Assembly (NCBI GenBank): GCA_023480885.1
Contig: JAMCWX010000001.1
Coordinates: forward strand, 27,669-91,668
Direction: 5' to 3'
Length of the DNA: 64,000 bases
From: Chloroflexota bacterium
GTDB lineage: Bacteria > Chloroflexota > UBA6077 > FW602-bin22 > JACPRP01
Both the position numbers and the translations under genes were made by a program. Within the stretch, counting starts at the first letter, position 1. Each line of letters opens with the position of its first letter. A model generated the notes under the pieces. It was not told the origin of the DNA. It saw nothing but the letters and a program-made list of their open reading frames with translations, and ran no database searches. Below, in pieces: positions 19,140 through 26,256 of this stretch.

Positions 19140-20252
19140 TCACCCCGGCAACTTGCGATAGGCAGCCACCAGGTTCTGCTCATATCTCTCCCAGCTGAAC
19201 TCTTCGGCACGCCTTCTGGCCGAAGCTCCCATTTCGGCGCATAGCTTATGGTCTTTGTACAGCAGCAGAAGCCCATTCTTCAGCGCCTGTACGTCGCCAG
19301 CAGGCACGATGAACCCATCGACACCGTCTCGTACCACCGAGCCTGCATTAGGCGTCGTTATCACAGGAACTCCGCAAGCCATAGCCTCGTATGTAACCAG
19401 CGCGCTGCCCTCTTCAATAGAGGGAAAGACAAAGACGGAGGCGCTCTGGTAAAGTGCGACGGGGTCAGGATCGAAGCCCGCGAACCTTATCCGCGCGCCT
19501 TGCCTATCAGCCTTCAAGAGATTCTCAGCCACTCGCCTGGCGCCTAGCCCAATGTTTCCAACGACAACAAGTTCGCCTTCCTTCACATCTAACTCCTGCC
19601 AGGCATGCAGCAGGTACTGGATTCCCTTTCTAATGCTGACTTGGCCGACAAAGAGCGCTCTGAAAGTTGAATCATTCCTTCGCGCCGGTCGAAATCGCCG
19701 AGTATCCACTCCAAATGGTGTCAAAATCAACTTATCGGGATGAAAGCCCTGCTCCACGAAGCTGTCGAAGGCGAACTGCGAGGGCACACCCACGAAGTCG
19801 ACTTCCTCATACTCGCGCAACTCGCGTTTGATCGCCACGTCGGCAATTGCCGGACGTCCAAGGCCATGGCGTTGGTATTCTTCTTCCAACAGGCGTTTCT
19901 GAGTAAGTATGTGGCAGGATGCTCGCTCCAAAACTGTCACCGCACCAAGCCGTCTGGCACGTCGCAGAGACTGCAGCGAGAAACCCGCCCAGCCGTGGAA
20001 AATACTACACGGGACTATCTGCCTCGCAGCATACAGGTCAAATATCGAGTTCGCGATCGCGTCGGCATTCCCCGTTCGATCGAAGCTTGCTAGCTTCTTC
20101 AGGGCACGACCCACCAAGCCCATCGACTTTATCAGCTTTGCGTCGATGTCAGTAGGAACGTAAGAGCTCACTATCAGCCTTTTCAGGCGCCCAGCTTGAT
20201 GTATCCCACGGGCGGCGTGATAGGCGGTGTTGCCTATCCCTCCGCCAGCCAA
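19140..20252 (-). CDS. Glycosyltransferase, GT4 (convergent with cluster 1)
   Basis: GGGIGNTAYHAARG N-terminus and EGSALVTYEAMACGVPVITTPNAGS signature. The start is uncertain. TTG at 20252 has GGAG 5 nt upstream. The frame stays open 13 codons further, back to an ATC at 20291 that follows AGGAGTGAGG. Confidence 0.8.
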   Translation of the reverse strand: MAGGGIGNTAYHAARGIHQAGRLKRLIVSSYVPTDIDAKLIKSMGLVGRALKKLASFDRTGNADAIANSIFDLYAARQIVPCSIFHGWAGFSLQSLRRARRLGAVTVLERASCHILTQKRLLEEEYQRHGLGRPAIADVAIKRELREYEEVDFVGVPSQFAFDSFVEQGFHPDKLILTPFGVDTRRFRPARRNDSTFRALFVGQVSIRKGIQYLLHAWQELDVKEGELVVVGNIGLGARRVAENLLKADRQGARIRFAGFDPDPVALYQSASVFVFPSIEEGSALVTYEAMACGVPVITTPNAGSVVRDGVDGFIVPAGDVQALKNGLLLLYKDHKLCAEMGASARRRAEEFSWERYEQNLVAAYRKLPG

Positions 20253-20440
20253 TCTTGCTCCAATTGAATAAGTGACCTCTAGACTGCTGATACCTCACTC
20301 CTGTTCAATCAGCCAACACTCGTCGTCGACATCAGCTTCGATAAGGAAGAAAACTTCTGTCATCGCCGTCAGACGCAGTCTGCCGCAGGCCGTGAGGTCT
20401 CACAGATCACATCATTCGAGCAGTGACTTCCCCACGTAGC

Positions 20441-21061
20441 CTACTCAGCCTTCCCCACCCCCGCCCACCGACAAAAGTTCTCGTAAACCCTCAACCCCAT
20501 CTCGCCACTCTTCTCTGGGTGAAACTGCGTGGCGACCAGGTTGTCCTTGATAACCACAGAACAGAAATCGATCCCATACTCCGTCTGGCCGGCGACGAAT
20601 TCCTCGTCCACAGGCTTCACGAAATAGGAGTGCACGAAATAGAAGTTGGAGTTGTCGGGGATGCCGTCGAACAATGGGTGCGCCAGCCTCTGCTTCACCT
20701 GGTTCCACCCCATGTGCGGCACCTTCAAGCCACCTGGCAGACGCTGGACGATGCCTGGTATCACGCCGAGACATTCCTGCCAGCCGCCTTCCTCGCTGCC
20801 AGTCAGTAGCACCTGCAGGCCAAGACACACGCCGAAGAACGGCTTTCCTTCGGCGATCACCTGGCGAATTGGCTCGACCAGCTCTAGCCTCTGTAAGCTC
20901 GCCATCGTATCTCCCGCTGCGCCCACCCCAGGCAGGATCACGGCCCTCGCGCTCAGCACGTCCTCGGCACTGTCGGTTACTTTCGCCGAGTAGCCCAGAC
21001 GCTCGATGGCCTTGGCCACGCTTCTTAAATTGCCCGCGCCATAATCTATGATAGCAATCAT
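20441..21061 (-). CDS. hisH: Imidazole glycerol phosphate synthase, glutaminase subunit
   Basis: MIAIIDYGAGNLRSV, catalytic-Cys motif GVCLGLQVL, HMGWN and FVHSY. The ATG at 21061 is internal to track ORF 20441..21097, and the 12-codon extension is the promoter itself. Confidence 0.92.
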   Translation of the reverse strand: MIAIIDYGAGNLRSVAKAIERLGYSAKVTDSAEDVLSARAVILPGVGAAGDTMASLQRLELVEPIRQVIAEGKPFFGVCLGLQVLLTGSEEGGWQECLGVIPGIVQRLPGGLKVPHMGWNQVKQRLAHPLFDGIPDNSNFYFVHSYFVKPVDEEFVAGQTEYGIDFCSVVIKDNLVATQFHPEKSGEMGLRVYENFCRWAGVGKAE

Positions 21062-21068
21062 CTTGCCG

Positions 21069-21097
21069 AGTATAACACGGCCGCGAGAAGCGGTCAA
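21069..21097 (-). promoter_or_regulatory. Near-consensus promoter placed for a leaderless hisH mRNA
   Basis: On the minus strand: TTGACC (21097-21092), 17 nt, TATACT (21074-21069), 7 nt (cggcaag), then ATG (21061). There is no room for an RBS. Confidence 0.5.
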
Positions 21098-21111
21098 TTT
21101 CGGTCGGAATA

Positions 21112-21120
21112 TGCTATACT
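21112..21120 (+). promoter_or_regulatory. Extended -10 element (TGcTATACT) upstream of the DNA ligase gene
   Basis: TGCTATACT at 21112-21120 with no good -35. GGAGGTGA lies 3 nt before the GTG start at 21163. Confidence 0.3.
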
Positions 21121-21162
21121 ATGTCAGCAAGGCAGCAGGCAACGTAAAGGCGGAGGTGAGGC

Positions 21163-22908
21163 GTGAAGTTTGCGCGGCTGGTTGAGTTCTTCGGCGAGCT
21201 AGAGATAACCTCTAGTCGCAATAAGATGGTCGGCGTCCTGGCCGATCTCTTCAAGGAAGCCCAAGGCGACGAGATGGGCAAGCTAGTCTACCTCTGCCAG
21301 GGCCGCCTGGTGCCTTTCTACGAGCCTCTGGAGTTCGGCATCGGCGAGGAACTGGCGGCCGACGCTCTCGCCAAGTGCGCTGGCATCGCTAAGTCCGAAG
21401 TCAAAGAACGCTTCTCCAAGAAAGGCGACTACGGCCTCGTCGCCACAGAACTGCTCTCCAACGAGGGCAGCACCCTCGAGGTCGGCCAGGTCTTCGACCA
21501 ACTCTGGCTCATCGCCACGCTCTCGGGCGGCGGCTCCGTCGCGCAAAAGACGAGCCTTCTGGCCGGTCTCCTTTCCCAAATGAGCGACGAAGAGGCAAAA
21601 CACCTCCTGCGCATCATCCTTGGAAAGCTGCGCCTGGGAATCGGCGACCCCACCATTATGGACGGGCTCTCGTTCGCCAGGGTGGGCGATAAGAGCCAGC
21701 GCAAGGACATCGAGCGGGCCTACAACCTGTGCTCCGATCTCGGCCAGGTCGCCAGGCTATACTGGCAGAACGGCCTCGATAGCCTCGCCCACATATCGGT
21801 TCACGTCGGCAAGCCTGTACGCCCAGCGCTCGCCGAGCGGGCTACCAGCGCCGCGGCGATTATCCAGCGACTCCAACACGCGGCCGTCGAGCCAAAATAC
21901 GACGGGTTCCGCTGCCAGGTGCATAAGGACGGCACAACCGTTCGCGTCTTCTCCCGCAACCTGGAGGATTTCTCAGACAAATTCCCAGAGATCGTCAAGG
22001 CCACCCAGGAGCAGATCACGCAGCAGCAGGCCATTTTCGAGGGAGAGGCGATCGCTTTCAATCCGCAAACGGGCGACTTCTATCCCTTTCAGGTCACCGT
22101 CCAGCGGAAGCGCAAGCATAAGATCGACGAGATGCAAGAAAAAGTGCCGCTCAAGCTGGTCGCGTTCGACTTGCTTTATCTCGATGGACAGGATTACACA
22201 ACCGAGACCTACACCTCCCGTCGGCAAAAGCTCAGAGAGATTGTCCTGCCGGGCGATGTGCTTAGCGTGACGGAAGTGCTCGAAACGAGCAGCGCCAACG
22301 AGCTGGAAGCCTTCTTCTTCGACAAGGTGCAGCGCGGACTGGAAGGCATCGTGGCCAAGCGCCCAGACGCGACCTACCAGGCGGGAGCGCGCAATTTCAA
22401 CTGGATCAAGCTCAAGCGTAGCTACCAGGGAGAGCTACAGGATACCCTGGACTGCGTCGTGGTCGGCTACTGGTGGGGACGCGGACAGCGAACCCAGTTC
22501 GGCATCGGCTCGCTTCTCACAGCAGTTTACGACAAAGATACCGACAGATTCTATACAATTGCTCGGCTAGGGACTGGCCTCACCGAAATCGAATGGGTGC
22601 AGATGCGCGAGGAACTGGATCAACTGAAAGTAGACGGCAAGCCAGCGCGTGTCGAGGCCATCGTCGCGCCGGACGTCTGGGTCGAGCCGAAACACGTCAT
22701 CGAGATCCAGGCCGACGAGATCACGCGCAGCCCGTTGCACACGGCTGGCCGCAAAGGAGACGACCTCGGCTTCGCCCTGCGTTTCCCCAGAATGGTCAAC
22801 TTCATCCGCGCCGATCGAACAGCCGAGGAAGCTACGTCGGTGCAGGAAATCCTGGCGATGTTCGAGGCCCAGGGCAAGCGTCAGGGACAGCAAGAGACAG
22901 AGTCCTAG
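21163..22908 (+). CDS. lig: ATP-dependent DNA ligase (Lig1/archaeal-type, with N-terminal DNA-binding domain)
   Basis: Motif I EPKYDGFRCQVH (adenylated Lys), EGIVAK, and NWIKLKRSY. There are about 240 aa of helical DBD-like sequence before the adenylation domain. GTG start. Confidence 0.88.
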   Translation: MKFARLVEFFGELEITSSRNKMVGVLADLFKEAQGDEMGKLVYLCQGRLVPFYEPLEFGIGEELAADALAKCAGIAKSEVKERFSKKGDYGLVATELLSNEGSTLEVGQVFDQLWLIATLSGGGSVAQKTSLLAGLLSQMSDEEAKHLLRIILGKLRLGIGDPTIMDGLSFARVGDKSQRKDIERAYNLCSDLGQVARLYWQNGLDSLAHISVHVGKPVRPALAERATSAAAIIQRLQHAAVEPKYDGFRCQVHKDGTTVRVFSRNLEDFSDKFPEIVKATQEQITQQQAIFEGEAIAFNPQTGDFYPFQVTVQRKRKHKIDEMQEKVPLKLVAFDLLYLDGQDYTTETYTSRRQKLREIVLPGDVLSVTEVLETSSANELEAFFFDKVQRGLEGIVAKRPDATYQAGARNFNWIKLKRSYQGELQDTLDCVVVGYWWGRGQRTQFGIGSLLTAVYDKDTDRFYTIARLGTGLTEIEWVQMREELDQLKVDGKPARVEAIVAPDVWVEPKHVIEIQADEITRSPLHTAGRKGDDLGFALRFPRMVNFIRADRTAEEATSVQEILAMFEAQGKRQGQQETES

Positions 22909-22957
22909 AACCGTTTTCGTTAGCACGCAGCGCGCGGACATCCAAGCGCGAAGAAAA

Positions 22958-23026
22958 CACCACGGAGGCACAGAGTGCACGGAGTTCAGTTTGTACACCC
23001 TCCGTGTTCTCCGTGCCTCTGTGGTG
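22958..23026. repeat. Palindromic REP-like element, family B, between convergent genes
   Basis: CACCACGGAGGCACAGAG (22958-22975) pairs with CTCCGTGCCTCTGTGGTG (23009-23026), 16 of 18 complementary. The arms match the element at 487-547. It lies 50 nt after the lig stop and 35 nt after the peptidase stop. Confidence 0.7.
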
Positions 23027-23060
23027 CATTCATAAAGGCAACCTGCTCCGCGACGGCTAT

Positions 23061-24323
23061 TTACGCCCGCGCAAACTTCAAACCAAGCGCCAACGCTGCG
23101 CCGGCAAGCCCGATGATCTCCAAGATGCCAGGGCAGATGCCGCCGTTTTGTCCTGAGTTACTCTGGGAACCCTGCCTCTCCGAGACTTTCGTTGGCGCGG
23201 CCACCGCGTCTTGCGGCACCTCTATCGGCCCGAGTCCAAGGCTCGCCCTCCAGGCCGTTTCCAGTCCAGCGACGTCCACGCCCAGGGCTGCCATCAGCGC
23301 ATCGTCGTAGTCAGAGCCCTCTTTGAAAACGGCCAGCAGTTGCTGCATCTTCTCTCGTCCGTACTGGCGCAGGATAAAATCCACTACGGAATAGCTTTCG
23401 GCGTAAGAGAGCCTTGCTTGCTCTCCATCGGCAGGGAAGTTGCTCGCCAGCGACTTCAGCGAGATGAGATGGTTTGACTTGATTGCCTCATCTAACGAGC
23501 GCTTGTAAGAAGCTTCCTGGGGTCCCTCGGCGTGCATCGCCAGTCCCTCGCTCAACCACTGTGGAATATCCCCGTAAGGATTGGCCGTAGCCTGATGGAC
23601 CACCACGTGGTTAAGCTCGTGCGGCACTGCTCTCTCCGCCCAGGCCAGTCCGGAGGCGCTGGGCTCGACCATCAAAGCGATGATGCCAATCTCAGAAAAA
23701 GACCTCCCGCCGGTCCACTCCTGAGCTTTCGGCTCGAGGGCACCAAGAAGGTCCTTATTGTTGGCGTAAATGTAAATCTTCACAGGCTCCTGGATCGTAG
23801 CTCCTATCTCCTGGCTCGTCCTTTCGAGCGATTTCTCGGCAAAACCTAACAGGCTCTTGCCAAAGCTCGTGTCTCCGTCATACCAGTAGATCGTTATCTT
23901 GTCGTCCCCCACCTTCTGCCACTTGAACCTCACATCCTCGACTGTAAAGGACTTCTGCTCGGTCTTGAGCTTGTTTCCCGACGCGTCCTCGATAACCCAG
24001 TAATAGCGTATCTCCACGCCTGGTGGAATGTATCTGCTCTGTGTATTCCAGACGTACTCGGTCTTTATGCGCTTCCCCTGGTCGAACTTGGGGTAGGCTA
24101 AAGTCAGCACCGAGCTACCCTGCAGCTTGTAGTAGAGCGTGACCTTGGTTATATCCGAGGAACTCGTCGCCTCCAGACCGAACTTGACCTGGGTCGGAAA
24201 CTCGTTCTGATGGTTGTTGGCTACAACGCTAATGGCTTCCTCTGCGGCAACTGGAGATACAAGCGAAATCGTGGGCAAAAGGATGAGGATGCCGATCAGC
24301 AGCCGGATCAGCAGCTTATTCAT
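23061..24323 (-). CDS. Secreted/membrane-tethered MA-clan zinc metallopeptidase
   Basis: Signal-like N-terminus MNKLLIRLLIGILILLPTISLVSPVAA, HExxH motif in VPHELNHVVVH with a downstream WLSEGLAMH, and a C-terminal hydrophobic tail GGICPGILEIIGLAGAALALGLKFARA. The ATG at 24323 lies 1 nt after the prfB stop. Confidence 0.75.
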   Translation of the reverse strand: MNKLLIRLLIGILILLPTISLVSPVAAEEAISVVANNHQNEFPTQVKFGLEATSSSDITKVTLYYKLQGSSVLTLAYPKFDQGKRIKTEYVWNTQSRYIPPGVEIRYYWVIEDASGNKLKTEQKSFTVEDVRFKWQKVGDDKITIYWYDGDTSFGKSLLGFAEKSLERTSQEIGATIQEPVKIYIYANNKDLLGALEPKAQEWTGGRSFSEIGIIALMVEPSASGLAWAERAVPHELNHVVVHQATANPYGDIPQWLSEGLAMHAEGPQEASYKRSLDEAIKSNHLISLKSLASNFPADGEQARLSYAESYSVVDFILRQYGREKMQQLLAVFKEGSDYDDALMAALGVDVAGLETAWRASLGLGPIEVPQDAVAAPTKVSERQGSQSNSGQNGGICPGILEIIGLAGAALALGLKFARA

Positions 24324-24324
24324 C

Positions 24325-25432
24325 TCACGCCGCCGCCTCGCCAACTTTCGACCGCAAGTATGCCTCGATGAGCTGGTCGAGGTCGCCGTCGAGCACACCC
24401 GTCGTGTTAGCTGTTTGAGAGCCTGTTCTATGGTCCTTTACCATATTGTAGGGATGCAGGACGTAGGAGCGTATCTGGTTTCCCCAGCCCGCGGCGACAT
24501 GCTCTCCCTTCAAACGCGCCTGCTCTTCTTCACGCTTTTCTTCTTCCAGCTCGATCAGCCTGGCCCGCAGGATTCGCATCGCGGTTTCGCGGTTCTGCAA
24601 CTGCGAGCGCTCGTTCTGGCAGCTCACGACGATTCCCGTGGCAAGATGCGTGATGCGAACGGCCGTGCTCGTCTTTTGCACGTTTTGCCCGCCAGCGCCG
24701 GAGGACCTGAAAACGTCGATGCGCAAGTCGTCGGGGTTGATGCTGACTTCGATTTCGCTCTCGACGCCGGGCATAACCTCGACCAGGGCGAAGGATGTAT
24801 GTCTCCTGTGAGCCGCGTCGAAAGGCGACAGTCGCACGAGCCTGTGAACACCTCGTTCGGCCTTGAGGTAACCATAAGCAAACGGACCCGCCACCTCGAA
24901 CGTTACGCTCTTAATGCCAGCTTCCTCTCCGGGGGACAGGTCGAGGATCGAGGAACGATAGCCTCGTCGCTCTGCCCAGCGCAAATACATCCGCAGAAGC
25001 ATCTCGGCCCAGTCTTGCGACTCTGTGCCGCCTGCTCCAGCGTGAATCGCCACGATGGCGTCTCTGCCATCGTATTCGCCGCCAAGCATCAACTGAAGGC
25101 GCAGCGCATCGAGCCGTCGGGCAATCTTCTCAGTGTCGCCGGCAATCTCGGCGTAGAGGCTCTCATCCTCCTCGATTGAGGCCAGCTCCAGGAGACCAAT
25201 CAGGTCCGCCACCTGCCTCGCGAGCCCATTCCAGACCTCCACCTGTTCCTTGAGACGCGTCAAACGGCGCATCTTACCCTGCGCGTGATCCTGGTCCTCC
25301 CAGAAGTCCGTCCTTGCCGACTCCGCCTCCACCCGCGCGATCTCAGCTTCCTTGCCGGCTATGTCAAAGACGCCTCCGAATGGTGGTGACTTCGTCTTCT
25401 AATTCCGCTAAATGCTTTCTTATCTCTTCCAT
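24325..25432 (-). CDS. prfB: Peptide chain release factor 2, with programmed +1 frameshift: join(25432..25367, 25365..24325)
   Basis: Frame 0 reads ATG(25432) MEEIRKHLAELEDEVTTIRRRL, then CTT TGA C (25369-25363), preceded by GGAGG (25377-25373) with 3-nt spacing. The +1 frame continues DIAGKEAEIARVEAESARTDFWED... and carries SPF (RLSPFD) and GGQ (SGAGGQNVQ). Confidence 0.93.
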
Positions 25433-25528
25433 CTCACCTCACCAAATGTAGCTGGGCTCAAGCCAATCAACATCGTAGAAAGGGATGAGCGCCAGCCAGT
25501 AAAGCACACGAAAAGCCTTCCGATGGCT

Positions 25529-25558
25529 ATTATAACCTCTTGAGACAGGGTCCTTCAA
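25529..25558 (-). promoter_or_regulatory. Candidate prfB promoter
   Basis: On the minus strand: TTGAAG (25558-25553), 18 nt, TATAAT (25534-25529). This lies about 97 nt upstream of the prfB ATG. Confidence 0.45.
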
Positions 25559-25694
25559 GGTCAGTTTCGAAGCCATCACTACGCGCCCCCGTCGACTCCG
25601 ATCGAGGAATTCTCGCAATAAGCGAGTTGACGGCCGGACTTTTACCCGCCGAACGCGAACGAGCCATCGTGAAAACGATCTAACACGAAAATAG

Positions 25695-25795
25695 GTGAAC
25701 CGCAAAGACCACCAAGAGCGCGAGGGAAATTACGGAAAATCTTTGCGTCCTCTGCGGTGAGCGTCCATAGTTTTCATCCTTGGTGGCGCTCTGCC
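25695..25795. repeat. Degenerate hairpin-repeat cluster, possibly related to family B
   Basis: Complementary words CCACCAAG (25709-16) / CTTGGTGG (25779-86) and CGCAAAG (25701-07) / CTTTGCG (25741-47). The words ...CTCTGCGGTG... and ...GGCGCTCTGCC... resemble the Gly/Thr/Glu-coding hairpin repeats seen at 487 and 22958. The relationship is judged by eye only. Confidence 0.3.
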
Positions 25796-25809
25796 AAGGG
25801 CGTGAGTAG

Positions 25810-26067
25810 CTAATACCGCCGGCGGCGCTCGACATCCCGCGTACCATCGACCTTACGCACGGTTATGGGGCTAACAAAATGCCCCAGTCTTATCGAGACC
25901 GGAGCGTCGGAAGCCATTTCTGGTCTCGTGCTAGCCTGGGGTTTAACCTCCTCATTCCAAAGTCGAAATAACCTCAACAGCCACCGAAGTGGTCTGGAAT
26001 CGAAATGGTGACAGACGAACTTCAAGAGAAAAGGGTCAATAGCAGTACTCCTTTGCATGAGGATCAT
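25810..26067 (-). CDS. Hypothetical 85-aa protein (weak call)
   Basis: ATG at 26067 follows GGGAGG with a 5-nt spacer (TTGGGAGGTGGGTATG). No motif recognised. Third-position composition looks atypical by eye, and the ORF body is full of hairpins. Confidence 0.2.
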   Translation of the reverse strand: MILMQRSTAIDPFLLKFVCHHFDSRPLRWLLRLFRLWNEEVKPQASTRPEMASDAPVSIRLGHFVSPITVRKVDGTRDVERRRRY

Positions 26068-26213
26068 ACCCACCTCCCAACTCTACCTTCCAAAACGCCT
26101 TCCCTACGGAGACTACTTCTGCAAATCAAGCTAGTGTCGCAAGATATATGCCATATTGGCTGATGAAGGAGAGAAAGCTTGGGGTAGAAAGCGAGGTAGC
26201 TGTTCAGCTCGCT

Positions 26214-26238
26214 GGGGGCGAACAAAAGGTTCGCCCCC
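26214..26238. repeat. REP-like hairpin, family A variant, just 3' of argD
   Basis: GGGGGCGAAC-aaaag-GTTCGCCCCC, a perfect 10-bp stem, 18 nt downstream of the argD stop. The GGGCGAAC/GTTCGCCC core also occurs at 33306, 45076 and 45145. Confidence 0.6.
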
Positions 26239-26256
26239 AAATAGGAAGTGATGCGC

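Noticed and set aside
20253-20291. A non-canonical ATC start for the minus-strand GT4 gene. The frame is open 13 codons upstream of the TTG at 20252, AGGAGTGAGG lies directly before the ATC, and the extension ...LEVTYSIGARLAGGGIG looks like the family N-terminus.
   Set aside because: ATC initiation is rare, and the TTG at 20252 also has a GGAG 5 nt upstream. This cannot be decided without homologue alignment or N-terminal proteomics, so it is recorded only as start-site uncertainty.
24214-25179. A 321-aa ORF antisense to prfB.
   Set aside because: It is a shadow ORF opposite a gene with unambiguous RF2 motifs, and it has no motif or RBS of its own.
25632-25645. AAAGTCCGG on the minus strand, reminiscent of the RNase P RNA GGAAAGUCCGGGC box.
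   Set aside because: The flanks do not match (the GAGGAAAGUCCGGGCUCC context is missing). The other universally conserved RNase P segments (for example ACAGAACCCGGCUUA) are absent from the region. I also saw no tmRNA, SRP or tRNA T-loop signatures.
25439-25705. An 88-aa minus-strand ORF ending in the prfB RBS, considered as an upstream coupled gene.
   Set aside because: Its N-terminal half is Arg-rich low complexity and overlaps the repeat cluster. The candidate prfB promoter (25529-25558) lies in the middle of it, and the internal Met has no RBS.
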